The position numbers were made by a program, and so were the translations under genes. A model generated the notes under the pieces. The model did not search any database, was not told the origin of the DNA, and saw only the letters and a list, made by a program, of their open reading frames with translations. A stretch of DNA of 60,927 nt, the filler included. It is 5 parts of 5 records of this genome, joined end to end, with 100 filler letters (N's around TTAATTAATTAA, not from the genome) between each part and the next. Parts side by side here need not be neighbours in the genome. Positions count along the whole stretch, not along the records: positions 1 to 30,385 come from SRR20825006_2065; 4 more parts are not named here. One strand, written 5' to 3'. Of the stretch, positions 1 to 10,091 are shown piece after piece. Position 1 is the first letter of the stretch. Every line of letters begins with the position of its first letter.

Positions 1-1
1 A

Positions 2-1855
2 GCTGACCTTGTAGGTAAAGTTGAAGCTGGAATTCCAGAAGATGATCCACGTAACCCGGCAACAATTGCAGATAACGTAGGAGATAACGTAGGAGACGTT
101 GCAGGAATGGGAGCTGATTTATTCGGTTCGTACGTTGCAACTGTATTGGCTGCAATGGTTCTAGGAAACTACGTGATTAGAGACAATGGTGCTGCGGAAG
201 CATTTAGCGGAATGGGACCAATCTTGTTGCCAATGGCAATTGCAGGAGTTGGAATCATCATCTCAATGATTGGATCAATGTTAGTTAAGATCAAATCAAA
301 TGATGCGAAAGAAAAGCAAGTAATGGGAGCGTTAAACATCGGAAACTGGGTTTCTATTGCTTTGGTTGCTGTTTCTTGTTACGTATTGGTTACTTGGATG
401 CTTCCAGAATCAATGACAATGACATTCTTTGGTGAAGATGCAAAAGACATTTCATCACTACGCGTATTCGGAGCTACAATCATCGGATTAATTGTAGGTG
501 CTGTTATTTCATCTGTTACTGAATACTACACAGGATTAGGTAAAAAACCTATTTTGAAAATCGTTCAACAATCTTCAACTGGAGCAGGAACAAACATCAT
601 TGCTGGTTTAGCTACTGGAATGATTTCTACTTTCCCTACAGTTCTTTTATTTGCTGGTGCGATCTGGGGATCTTATGCATTCGCAGGATTCTACGGAGTT
701 GCAATGGCTGCCTCAGCAATGATGGCAACAACAGCTATGCAATTAGCAATTGACGCATTCGGACCGATTGCAGATAACGCTGGTGGTATTGCTGAGATGA
801 GTGAGCAAGATCCAATCGTTCGTGAAAGAACAGATATCCTTGATTCAGTTGGTAACACAACTGCTGCAACAGGAAAAGGATTCGCGATTGCATCTGCTGC
901 CTTGACTTCTTTAGCCTTGTTTGCTGCTTATGTAACATTCACTGGAATTGACGGAATTAACATCTTTAAAGCTCCTGTATTAGCAATGTTGTTTGTAGGA
1001 GGTATGGTACCAGTTGTATTCTCTGCACTTGCAATGAATGCGGTAGGTAAAGCTGCCATGGAAATGGTACAAGAAGTTCGTCGCCAGTTTAGAGAGATTC
1101 CTGGAATCATGGAAGGAACTGGTAAACCAGAATACGATAAATGTGTTGATATTTCTACAAAAGCATCATTGAAACAAATGATGTTGCCAGGACTTTTAAC
1201 AATCGGTTTCCCATTAGTTATTGCTTTCCTTCCTCTTGCTTTTGGAATGGACAGTTTGATTATTGCTGAAATGCTTGGTGGTTATATGGCAGGTGTAACT
1301 GTATCTGGTGTTCTTTGGGCAATCTTCCAAAACAATGCTGGTGGTGCATGGGATAACGCTAAGAAATCATTCGAAGCGGGAGTTATGATTGATGGTGAAA
1401 TGACGTACAAAGGTTCTGACGCTCACAAGGCAGCAGTAACTGGAGATACAGTTGGAGATCCATTCAAAGACACTTCTGGTCCATCAATGAATATTTTGAT
1501 CAAATTGACTTGTTTGATTGGTTTGGTAATCGCTCCAATTTTAGGAAATGGTCATTCTGAAGGAAACAACCACAATGGTATTTCCACTGAAATGAGTGGT
1601 GCATGTTGCTCTGGTAAATCAGAATCTTGTCACGCGACTAAAGGTTGTGACATGACTAAAATGGCAAGCATGACGAAAGAAGAATGTGCTGCTTCATGTG
1701 ATGCAAAAGGATGTACTCCTGAGCAAAAAGCGAATTGTCTAGCACATTTTGATGCAAACGGAAATTTCGCTGCATGTGAAAAACCATGTTGTAAAAAAGA
1801 AGGAAAAGAGTGCCATAAGAAAGACGGTGATAAAGAAACATCACACGTGCACTAA
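2..1855 (+). CDS. hppA: Membrane-bound ion-translocating pyrophosphatase, K+-dependent (likely Na+-PPase), 5'-truncated, with Cys-rich C-terminal extension
   Basis: Frame is open from base 2: [40 protein letters not shown]. Also [19 protein letters not shown] (Ala form = K+-dependent), GGAWDNAKK and [15 protein letters not shown], with many TM segments. Confidence 0.96.
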   Translation, partial: ADLVGKVEAGIPEDDPRNPATIADNVGDNVGDVAGMGADLFGSYVATVLAAMVLGNYVIRDNGAAEAFSGMGPILLPMAIAGVGIIISMIGSMLVKIKSNDAKEKQVMGALNIGNWVSIALVAVSCYVLVTWMLPESMTMTFFGEDAKDISSLRVFGATIIGLIVGAVISSVTEYYTGLGKKPILKIVQQSSTGAGTNIIAGLATGMISTFPTVLLFAGAIWGSYAFAGFYGVAMAASAMMATTAMQLAIDAFGPIADNAGGIAEMSEQDPIVRERTDILDSVGNTTAATGKGFAIASAALTSLALFAAYVTFTGIDGINIFKAPVLAMLFVGGMVPVVFSALAMNAVGKAAMEMVQEVRRQFREIPGIMEGTGKPEYDKCVDISTKASLKQMMLPGLLTIGFPLVIAFLPLAFGMDSLIIAEMLGGYMAGVTVSGVLWAIFQNNAGGAWDNAKKSFEAGVMIDGEMTYKGSDAHKAAVTGDTVGDPFKDTSGPSMNILIKLTCLIGLVIAPILGNGHSEGNNHNGISTEMSGACCSGKSESCHATKGCDMTKMASMTKEECAASCDAKGCTPEQKANCLAHFDANGNFAACEKPCCKKEGKECHKKDGDKETSHVH

Positions 1856-1883
1856 GCACTACCCAATTTTCGATAAATATTAC

Positions 1884-1917
1884 AAAGAGACTGTCTGAAA
1901 AGACGGTCTCTTTTTTT
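1884..1917 (+). terminator. Intrinsic terminator after hppA
   Basis: AAAGAGACTGTCT-GAAA-AGACGGTCTCTTT stem followed by a T run. Confidence 0.85.
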
Positions 1918-1942
1918 GTAACTTCAAACTCAAATTTTCAGC

Positions 1943-2200
1943 ATGAAAGTCACCGTAGAAATTAGCAATTATCCTTTGGATCAGAATTACGAAGAATTCA
2001 TTTTGGACTTCATAAACCGTTGTCAAGAATCTGGACACACGGTTAAGGTGAATGCAACAAGCACGCATATCCAAGGAGATTTCGATGCTGTTATGACGAC
2101 AGTACAACAAGAAATTAAAACCTCTTTCGAGCGCTTTGGAAAAATGATTTTTGTATTAAAAGTACTGAAGGGTGAGCTTGACCTTTCATTTTCAATGTAG
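1943..2200 (+). CDS. Small thiamine-binding/YkoF/MTH1187-like ferredoxin-fold protein
   Basis: 85 aa; 'VEISNYPL...VKVNATSTHIQGDFDAVM' pattern typical of the family. Confidence 0.65.
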   Translation: MKVTVEISNYPLDQNYEEFILDFINRCQESGHTVKVNATSTHIQGDFDAVMTTVQQEIKTSFERFGKMIFVLKVLKGELDLSFSM

Positions 2201-2202
2201 CG

Positions 2203-3495
2203 ATGAATCTCATTTACTTCTGGTTCAGACGTGATCTTAGATTAACCGACAATATTGGACTCCTCAACGCCTTGGAATCAAGCTCTACGGTTCAGTGCAT
2301 TTTTATTTTTGACGAACAAATCTTAAGCGAACTTCCAATTGATGATGGACGAGTGAACTTTATTCATTCGGAGCTTTCTAAACTCAATGACACATTGAAC
2401 ACTTTCGGATCTTCTCTCCGCATTGAAAAAGGAACTCCTCTCGAAGTCTGGAAATCGATTCTCTCTCAAGAAAAAATTGATGCCATTTTCACCAACAAGG
2501 ACTATGAACCCTACGCACGAAAACGCGACGGACAAATTCGCGACCTAGCTGCAGAAAACGATGTCCGTTTTGAACGCTTTAAAGATCAAGTTATCTTCGA
2601 AGAATCTGAAATCACGAAAGACAATGGTTTGCCATACACGGTTTATACTCCATTCAAAAATAAATGGCTCGCCAACTTCAACCCAGATGATCATCAGCCT
2701 GTTTCCATAGATGGGCAGACGAATAAGTTTAATTCTTCCGATTATTCATTTCCTACTTTGGAAGAAATTGGGTTTGAGCGTTCCGCGATCGTTGTAAAAC
2801 CTTTTACTCTTGAAAACATTGGTAAATACGACGAAGTACGCGATTTTCCCGCCATTGATGCAACGAGTTATTTAAGTCCACACCTTCGTTTTGGAACCAT
2901 TGGAATCAGAGAACTCGTAAAAAAGACACGTGAAGTAAACGCTGTGTTCTTAAGTGAATTAATTTGGCGAGAATTTTTCATGCAGATTCTTTATCACTTC
3001 CCAAAAGTCGTAGATCAATCGTTTCGTCTTAAATATGATCGGATAAAATGGAGGAATGACCCCGAGGAATTTGATAAATGGTGCTCAGGTGAAACTGGCT
3101 ATCCGATGGTTGATGCAGGAATGCGCCAACTGAATGAAACAGGCTACATGCACAATCGCGTAAGAATGGTAGTTGCCAGTTTTCTTTGTAAACATTTACT
3201 GATCGACTGGCGATGGGGAGAAGCCTATTTTGCACAAAAATTATTGGATTACGACTTGTCTGCGAACAATGGAAATTGGCAATGGGCAGCAGGAACAGGT
3301 TGCGACGCCGCTCCCTATTTTCGAGTATTCAACCCAGAAGCGCAATTGAAAAAGTTTGATCCAAAAGGAATCTACACGCGCACTTGGGTAAAAGATTTAG
3401 ATGAATTGACGTATCCGAAACCCATTGTTGAACATTCATTTGCAAGATTAAGAGCGCTAGAAACATACAAAATTGGTTTGGCGGAAAACGGTTAG
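2203..3495 (+). CDS. phrB: Deoxyribodipyrimidine (CPD) photolyase
   Basis: WFRRDLRLTDN, TSYLSPHLRFG, ELIWREFF, GETGYPMVDAGMRQL, MHNRVRM, NNGNWQW. Confidence 0.93.
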   Translation: MNLIYFWFRRDLRLTDNIGLLNALESSSTVQCIFIFDEQILSELPIDDGRVNFIHSELSKLNDTLNTFGSSLRIEKGTPLEVWKSILSQEKIDAIFTNKDYEPYARKRDGQIRDLAAENDVRFERFKDQVIFEESEITKDNGLPYTVYTPFKNKWLANFNPDDHQPVSIDGQTNKFNSSDYSFPTLEEIGFERSAIVVKPFTLENIGKYDEVRDFPAIDATSYLSPHLRFGTIGIRELVKKTREVNAVFLSELIWREFFMQILYHFPKVVDQSFRLKYDRIKWRNDPEEFDKWCSGETGYPMVDAGMRQLNETGYMHNRVRMVVASFLCKHLLIDWRWGEAYFAQKLLDYDLSANNGNWQWAAGTGCDAAPYFRVFNPEAQLKKFDPKGIYTRTWVKDLDELTYPKPIVEHSFARLRALETYKIGLAENG

Positions 3496-3602
3496 ATTGT
3501 AACAAAATCATTCTCGCTTTGAAAATCAATCATTACCTTCGAGATCACAACTAAAATAAGGGTTACGCTGTGAGCATACCTGCAATACACTGACAGAAGA
3601 TT

Positions 3603-4628
3603 ATGAACATCCACCTATTGTTAGATAAAAAGACTAATTACATTGACGAGACTCTTTTAGAAAGCACTTCAACATTTGATGACATAACTCTCAAAGACGA
3701 CATTAAAGATTGTGACTTTATACTTCTACCATATACTTGGGAGCATTATTATCAAAATCGTCAAGTGGACAAGCTAAAAGAAATCCTTGAAATAGCGAAA
3801 AAGGATAACAAGCAAATCATAGGCCTCACTTATGGTGATTTTGGATATACCCCGCTCGACAAAGATGCTGTTTTACTTAAAAACGGAGGCGTTAAAAGTA
3901 GGAAGGTGACTAATCAAATAGAAGCTCCTTATTTCATTGAAGATCCATTAATTAAGTATTACGACGGAATCCCTTCATATCGGTCTAAACAAGAAAATAT
4001 TAAGGTAGGATTTTGTGGTAAAGTCAACAATAATCCGCTTAATGAAATCTATGACACGCTCGAATTAGTAAAAATCTGGTCGAGCTATAAGTTGAGTAAG
4101 TTATCAAAAGAACCAATTCCTGTTTTTCCAACTTCGAATAGGTTAAGAAACACCGTCTTGAAATCATGCAATCATCCAAAAATAGAGACGGATTTCGTTC
4201 TACGGAAAAAGTTCATGAATGGACTCCGTGGTCAATCCAATGACGTGATTGATAAACATAAGTCTACATTTGAATTTTTTAATAATATCAGAAATAGCGA
4301 TTATACCCTTTGTATGCGCGGCGTTGGAAATTTCTCAATTCGATTTTTTCAGACGCTAGCAATGGGGAGAATTCCCGTTTTTATTAATACAGATTGTATT
4401 TTGCCTTTTGAAGAAATAATCGATTGGAAGAAAATTTTGCCTTGGGTTGAGTACAGTGATCTTGATCGACTTCCTGAAATATTATTGGAGTATCACAATC
4501 AATTGTCAAATGATGACTTTTTAGATCGTCAAAAAATGATGAGAGAGATTTGGGAAAAATATTTAAGTCACGCTGGGTTTTTCAATCATTTTGGAAGCTA
4601 CATTGAAACCTTTGCCAACAACAAGTGA
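3603..4628 (+). CDS. Exostosin (GT47)-like glycosyltransferase
   Basis: C-terminal 'SDYTLCMRGVGNFSIRFFQTLAMGRIPVFINTDCILPFEEIIDW' matches the exostosin-family pattern. Confidence 0.7.
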   Translation: MNIHLLLDKKTNYIDETLLESTSTFDDITLKDDIKDCDFILLPYTWEHYYQNRQVDKLKEILEIAKKDNKQIIGLTYGDFGYTPLDKDAVLLKNGGVKSRKVTNQIEAPYFIEDPLIKYYDGIPSYRSKQENIKVGFCGKVNNNPLNEIYDTLELVKIWSSYKLSKLSKEPIPVFPTSNRLRNTVLKSCNHPKIETDFVLRKKFMNGLRGQSNDVIDKHKSTFEFFNNIRNSDYTLCMRGVGNFSIRFFQTLAMGRIPVFINTDCILPFEEIIDWKKILPWVEYSDLDRLPEILLEYHNQLSNDDFLDRQKMMREIWEKYLSHAGFFNHFGSYIETFANNK

Positions 4629-4743
4629 TAATCCCAACACAATTGTATTTTCATAAATTGGATACAATATCTATATTCACATTCCGTTAGTTGATCTGAG
4701 TTATTGAATCAACATAAAACTAGATTATCAACTTCACTATTCT

Positions 4744-5616
4744 ATGAAAATCATTGTTCTCACTTTCATCCTTTTTCATTCCGTTTTTAGCTTTGGGCAG
4801 CAAGATGTCATGTCTACCCTATTTTGGCAAAATTTAGCGCATTTAAATCCTGCAATAAGTGGGTTGGAATACACACATTTCGGTTCGGTCACTTATAGAA
4901 ATCAATGGGAGAAAGTGAATGGTGCACCGGTGGCCGTTTTTGCTAATTATGGAACTCGACTCTGGAAAAACCACGGTGTCGGAATTGTTTACACCTATGA
5001 CAAAATCGGTTTTTCAAGGTCCAACAACGCTTTGATCAATTACAATTATCAATTGCGCATCAAGGAAGACCATACGATCTCAATGGGCGTGGCTGCAGGA
5101 ATTTTGAATTTAGAGATGAATCCAGTTTGGATTCCTCCAACAAGTCCTCACGATAACACCCTTCCAGGTAGTTCGTCATCCACGGAATTCGATGCAAATG
5201 CGGGAATTGCCTATACACATGATAAATTGTTAGTTGGTTTTGGAGTCACTCACCTTACCGCTCCAATTCTAAAGCTAGGAAATTCCACGTACCCGTTTAG
5301 CTTTAACAGTGTCCGTCATTATTACCTGAATAGTGCTTACCAATTCAATCTAGGTGAAAAGTTTTCAATCAAGCCGCAACTTTTAATTAGAACAGATCTC
5401 GTTAAAATGAGTGGCGACTTTAACCTCATGGCTACACTGAAGAAAAAATACTGGTTAGGGATTAGTTATCGCACATCTGATGCTATCTCAGCAATGATCG
5501 GTTGGGATATTAAAGAACGCTACCGAATTGGATATGCGTATGATTACACAATTAACAAATTCAGCAGCATTAGTCAAGGCAGTCACGAAGCCACTCTTTC
5601 TTTTCTGTTAAAATAA
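4744..5616 (+). CDS. PorP/SprF family type IX secretion system outer-membrane protein
   Basis: Signal peptide, LNPA..G, YRNQW....GAP, GYAYDY, GSHE near the C-terminus; beta-barrel pattern. Confidence 0.9.
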   Translation: MKIIVLTFILFHSVFSFGQQDVMSTLFWQNLAHLNPAISGLEYTHFGSVTYRNQWEKVNGAPVAVFANYGTRLWKNHGVGIVYTYDKIGFSRSNNALINYNYQLRIKEDHTISMGVAAGILNLEMNPVWIPPTSPHDNTLPGSSSSTEFDANAGIAYTHDKLLVGFGVTHLTAPILKLGNSTYPFSFNSVRHYYLNSAYQFNLGEKFSIKPQLLIRTDLVKMSGDFNLMATLKKKYWLGISYRTSDAISAMIGWDIKERYRIGYAYDYTINKFSSISQGSHEATLSFLLK

Positions 5617-5786
5617 CGTTCTATCCAAGTCAAACTGTTAGGTATCCAACATAAGAAACGTTTGACTTTCCAAAATATAATTTTGATATACAGTAGATTA
5701 CGTAGTTTGATAAACAAAACCATAGGTTTGTTCATTGGCTGCAACTTTTGAATCTCAAATTTATCCGATTTCGTGAACTTTAATGC

Positions 5787-7658
5787 ATGAATTTAATTGC
5801 TACTACTACACTGTTTCTTATCGTTTCATGCATTTCCCTTGCCCAAAATCAACCATTTAGTGAATTGATTTCCGAAAGAACTGAAAACTCAACTACTTTT
5901 CTAAAACCAAATGGCCAAAAAGAGACAATCATCTCAGCTGGCGCGGTGAACTATCGTGAAAACGAAATGTGGCTTCCAATTCAAACTGCTCTGTCTCAAG
6001 ATATGGACGGTCGGTTTATTAATTCGAAAAACACCTTTAAAACGAGTTTCCCAGAGCAAATTAATCCCTTAGAGTCGATCATTCTCACTTATGGAAATGA
6101 TGTTATCAACATCGCTTCTACAAAAGAATGGATTACACTAAGCTCTGCTGAAAATATCACCGAAACAGTTCCATTTGAATTGAATGGAACCGTTGGTACC
6201 AGTTCTGGAAACGTACTTTCATACTCCAACCACAATTACTCGGATCAGTTTGAAATAGAAAAAGGATTCTTAAAAAACAATGTAATTCTTCAAAATGAAA
6301 TTAGCTTCTTGCAGAACAGCACGGACGCTTACTTCGGGTTTCAAGAAACGATTACGCTTCCGATAGGATGGAAAATTGTACCCGTAGAACCATCACAAGA
6401 TCAATTGATCAGCTCAGGACTTTATATTCTCGATGAACAAGGGAATAAAAAATTGTCTATTCCTGCACCTATTATATATGAACAACAAGATCCAACTACA
6501 GACGGAAGTTCACCAGTATTCGGAAAGTATTTCTTACAACAACAAAACACTATTTGGAAACTAAGCACGCTTGTACCAACTGACTGGCTGCAAGACCCTC
6601 AACGCAATTACCCAATTGTTATCGATCCCACGTTCAACGCTGCTGGCGCAGATGGCGGATGGATGTCAGCTGTTAACTGGGTAAACAATCCTGCATTTGT
6701 TTTTGTTGGTGTATGCTGCGGAAATCAAGAACACAGAGCTTGGTTACGATTCAATACCACTTCTATAAATGACGCATCTTGCATAACAAATGTAGAACTC
6801 CAGCTCACGCTTAACGGCGTTGGCGGTGCGGCAGCAGAACTCACCCATGCGTACGACATGACTGGGACTCCAGGTCCGTATCCAGCAATTAGTGCCGCAG
6901 TTCTCGCAGACATGGTTTCGGGATGGTACACTTCATTTAATCTTGCTGGAGTAGCAACTTATGGATACTATGATTTAGGTCCAGGTGCAGACGCCGTACT
7001 TCAAGGTCAATTGCCTATAAACTGGTACCAAGTTGCGTTAGTTTTTGACAACGAACCATCTACAAATTGGAAACGATTCACTGCGAATGCGTGTAATATA
7101 AGAGTTACTTATTTGGATCCGCCTTGCTCACTCTTACCTGTTGAACTAACTTCGTTTGATGTGAACTGCTCAAACGGAAAAGCTCAATTAAATTGGTCTA
7201 CAGCTTCTGAGTTTAACAACGACCATTTCACTATTTGGAGATCAGAAGATGGAGTCCATTTCAAGGAAGTTAAGCGTATTACTGCTGTTGGAAATAGTCA
7301 ATCTATGAACCATTATACTTGGGAAAACGAAGATGAATTTGCTGCAGAATCGTACTACAAACTGAGTCAAACAGATACCGATGGAAACACGGAATCGTTC
7401 AACGTAAAGCGTTTTGAAAATTGCTCAAGTGAACTTTCACTGTTCCAGCAAGAATCAGGCGAATTTATTCTGATGGGAGAAAGTATTATATCCGTTTCTA
7501 TCAGCCAATCGAATGGAAGAATTGTTTTCGCACAGGAGCTACCAACTTCGACCAAAAGACTTGTTATTCCAGCATTCCAAGCGTCTTCGGGAGTCTATTT
7601 TGTCACTGTTCTCACGAGCAATGGTCAACAATTTACAAAGTCGATATTTAAAAAATAA
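5787..7658 (+). CDS. Secreted T9SS cargo protein with C-terminal sorting domain
   Basis: Signal peptide; YPIVIDPT; LPVELTSF...LNWSTASEFNNDHFTI.RS.DG..F...YYKLSQTD.DG Ig-like module; CTD with SGVYFV and terminal K-rich strand. Confidence 0.8.
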   Translation: MNLIATTTLFLIVSCISLAQNQPFSELISERTENSTTFLKPNGQKETIISAGAVNYRENEMWLPIQTALSQDMDGRFINSKNTFKTSFPEQINPLESIILTYGNDVINIASTKEWITLSSAENITETVPFELNGTVGTSSGNVLSYSNHNYSDQFEIEKGFLKNNVILQNEISFLQNSTDAYFGFQETITLPIGWKIVPVEPSQDQLISSGLYILDEQGNKKLSIPAPIIYEQQDPTTDGSSPVFGKYFLQQQNTIWKLSTLVPTDWLQDPQRNYPIVIDPTFNAAGADGGWMSAVNWVNNPAFVFVGVCCGNQEHRAWLRFNTTSINDASCITNVELQLTLNGVGGAAAELTHAYDMTGTPGPYPAISAAVLADMVSGWYTSFNLAGVATYGYYDLGPGADAVLQGQLPINWYQVALVFDNEPSTNWKRFTANACNIRVTYLDPPCSLLPVELTSFDVNCSNGKAQLNWSTASEFNNDHFTIWRSEDGVHFKEVKRITAVGNSQSMNHYTWENEDEFAAESYYKLSQTDTDGNTESFNVKRFENCSSELSLFQQESGEFILMGESIISVSISQSNGRIVFAQELPTSTKRLVIPAFQASSGVYFVTVLTSNGQQFTKSIFKK

Positions 7659-7677
7659 AGGGAACTCTGTTCAAATC

Positions 7678-7709
7678 TTGAGTGATTAATTCGTTTTACC
7701 TTACTTTTG
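7678..7709 (+). promoter_or_regulatory. Bacteroidota housekeeping sigma promoter (-33 TTG / -7 TAnnTTTG)
   Basis: TTG at 7678-7680, 21 nt spacer, TACTTTTG at 7702-7709, just upstream of the ATG at 7723. Confidence 0.55.
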
Positions 7710-7722
7710 TCCAAATTTCACG

Positions 7723-8592
7723 ATGAAAGTAACGGGTTTTTCATTCATTAAGAACGCTATTAAATACGATTATCCTATCGTAGAAGCCATTCGATCTATC
7801 TTACCAATTTGCGATGAAATAGTTGTTGCAGTTGGAGATTCAGAAGATGAAACCTTCGAACTGATTCGTCAAATCGATCCAAAAATTAAAATCATTCGCA
7901 CTACTTGGGACGAAACACTTCGCGAAGGCGGAAAAGTACTAGCTGTTGAAACAGATAAAGCATTTGCGGCCATTTCCAAGGACACCGATTGGGCATTCTA
8001 TATTCAAGGCGACGAAGTAATTCATGAAGATTATCTTCCCATTGTAAAAAGTGCTATGGAACAATATAAGGATGATCCAAAAGTCGACGGATTGCTTTTC
8101 AATTACCTGCACTTTTATGGCTCTTATGACTACGTTGGTTCTGCCGATAATTGGTATCCACACGAAATTCGCGTGATCAAAAATAATCCGTCCATCTATT
8201 CTTACAAAGACGCTCAAGGATTTAGGAAGGGAGACAACGAAAAGCTCCGCGTTAAGCCAATTCCAGCATATATGTATCATTACGGATGGGTGAAAGATCC
8301 ACGTGCGATGCAGAAGAAACAAGAAGATTTCAATAAACTCTGGCACGACGATAACTGGATCGAAGAAAACGTCGCGAAAGCAGAAGAGTTCGATTATCTC
8401 AACGGAATCAGCTCGCTTTATCGGTTCGAAAAAACGCATCCTGCGGTGATGAAAGAACGTCTTGAAAGAATTAATTGGAAGTTTGATTATGACATTTCCT
8501 TCAACAAACGATCGCTCAAGTATCGCACAAAAGGGATTCTAAAAAAGTACTTCGGCTTGGATTTCAGTCACAATAACTATATTAAAATTTAG
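7723..8592 (+). CDS. Glycosyltransferase family 2-like protein
   Basis: GT-A N-terminus (SILPICDEIVVAVGDSED), 'WAFYIQGDE' DxD-like motif, 'YHYGW'. Confidence 0.8.
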   Translation: MKVTGFSFIKNAIKYDYPIVEAIRSILPICDEIVVAVGDSEDETFELIRQIDPKIKIIRTTWDETLREGGKVLAVETDKAFAAISKDTDWAFYIQGDEVIHEDYLPIVKSAMEQYKDDPKVDGLLFNYLHFYGSYDYVGSADNWYPHEIRVIKNNPSIYSYKDAQGFRKGDNEKLRVKPIPAYMYHYGWVKDPRAMQKKQEDFNKLWHDDNWIEENVAKAEEFDYLNGISSLYRFEKTHPAVMKERLERINWKFDYDISFNKRSLKYRTKGILKKYFGLDFSHNNYIKI

Positions 8593-8666
8593 TTACTTTT
8601 CGACTCGTCAGCTCTGACCCAACTTCTAATTTGAGAAAAAATCGGTAACTTGCGTTATTAGAAGAA

Positions 8667-9041
8667 ATGAACAGTAAAAACTTCATATTACTTATTCTAA
8701 TTGCATTATTGGTCTTTCCAGTTAACGCAATTTCACCCCTTGGCAATGTTAAGGAAAACTTCGGCTTGGAAAAAAGTTGCTGTTGCGTTGCTTCTACTGC
8801 CCATTCTGAAAAAAAATCTTGCTGCTCATCTGACGAGAATCAAGAAAAAAATGATTGTGGTACGGACTGCGGAGATAATTCATGTCATTGCCCTGTTTCA
8901 ATTAGTATTCCATTGTTTATCGAAAACATTGCCTTTACGAAAAAACAATCCTTCTCAACCTCTGCACTTGGTTGGATGTACTTACAGAACATTCCCAAGT
9001 CGGTTTCAATCTCAATTTGGCAACCACCAAAAATAGGTTAG
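8667..9041 (+). CDS. Cys-rich exported leader-like protein with C-terminal IWQPPK motif (DUF6660/DUF2946-like architecture), first gene of the copper locus
   Basis: Hydrophobic N-terminal signal, 9 Cys in a central cluster, ends SISIWQPPKIG. Confidence 0.7.
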   Translation: MNSKNFILLILIALLVFPVNAISPLGNVKENFGLEKSCCCVASTAHSEKKSCCSSDENQEKNDCGTDCGDNSCHCPVSISIPLFIENIAFTKKQSFSTSALGWMYLQNIPKSVSISIWQPPKIG

Positions 9042-9182
9042 CCCTTTCTTATAGCGGCCAGAGTTCTCTCTTTTCGATATAAGTCAAACTCACTCTTTTA
9101 CCACATTAGAATAATTCATTCATCTGAATCGGAATTTTCGCAAGCGAACATTTGAAAACACTCCGTTTCAACTAAATAATAA

Positions 9183-10091
9183 ATGATGAAAAACTCATTC
9201 ATACTATTGATGATGACAACAATGTCGTTATCATTCACAGCGTGCAATGCGCAAACAAAAAACACAAAAACCGAGATCGTAAAAATCTATGGAAACTGCG
9301 GAATGTGCGAGCGCACAATTGAAAAAGCGGGAAATGTAAAAAAGGAAGCTCTCATTGACTGGAATAAAGACACCAAAATGGCGACTATTTCTTACGATAG
9401 TCTTAAAACCTCATCGCAAGAAATCTTGAAACGAATAGCACTGGCAGGATACGATAGCGATCAATTTCTTTCTCCAGACGATACTTATTCCAAACTCCAA
9501 AAATGCTGTAAATACGACAGAGCTGAACAAGTTAAAGCAACATCTGGAAAAGAAAAACAGAGTCGAAAAACTCCAGAGTTAACACATGCTCCGGGAGAAG
9601 AAGAGCTGGTAAATCCACTAAGCTCGAACGAAACAGTTGTAGTAGTTGAAGAAGAAAAAAATCAACTCTTGAGCGTATTTGATCAATACTTTGCCTTAAA
9701 AGATGGATTGGTAAAATCAAATTCTGGAGGTACTTCATCTTACGCAAAATCTCTTTTGAAAGAAATCAATGAAGTTCAAATGGACAAACTTCCCGCGGAT
9801 GTTCACGCCGCATGGATGAAAGTTCTTGCGCCACTCAAAAAAGACGCTGAACGCATTGCAAATACGAAAGATCTCAATTCACAAAGAGATTACTTTATTG
9901 AGCTTTCGAAAAACATGCATTCCCTTATTGCTTTGACAAAAATGGACTCACCCGTTTATTATCAAAAATGTCCAATGGCAAACAGCGGAAAGGGAGCCAC
10001 TTGGTTGAGTAAGGAAAAAACGATTAAAAATCCTTACTACGGATCGCAAATGTTAAGTTGCGGCAGCACAATTGAAACAATAAAAGAATGA
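9183..10091 (+). CDS. Lipoprotein with N-terminal HMA domain and C-terminal DUF3347 heavy-metal-binding domain
   Basis: Lipobox-like SFTAC, GNCGMC, KCCKYDR, YYQKCPMA...WLS...IKNPYYGSQMLSCG. Confidence 0.8.
   Translation: MMKNSFILLMMTTMSLSFTACNAQTKNTKTEIVKIYGNCGMCERTIEKAGNVKKEALIDWNKDTKMATISYDSLKTSSQEILKRIALAGYDSDQFLSPDDTYSKLQKCCKYDRAEQVKATSGKEKQSRKTPELTHAPGEEELVNPLSSNETVVVVEEEKNQLLSVFDQYFALKDGLVKSNSGGTSSYAKSLLKEINEVQMDKLPADVHAAWMKVLAPLKKDAERIANTKDLNSQRDYFIELSKNMHSLIALTKMDSPVYYQKCPMANSGKGATWLSKEKTIKNPYYGSQMLSCGSTIETIKE

Noticed and set aside
71-94. 12-bp tandem repeat GATAACGTAGGA x2
   Set aside because: It encodes the conserved DNVGDNVGD motif of membrane pyrophosphatases
5627-5668. 9-bp inverted repeat AAGTCAAAC/GTTTGACTT after the PorP gene
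   Set aside because: Short and AT-rich with a 24-nt loop; could be a weak terminator but is not distinguishable from chance
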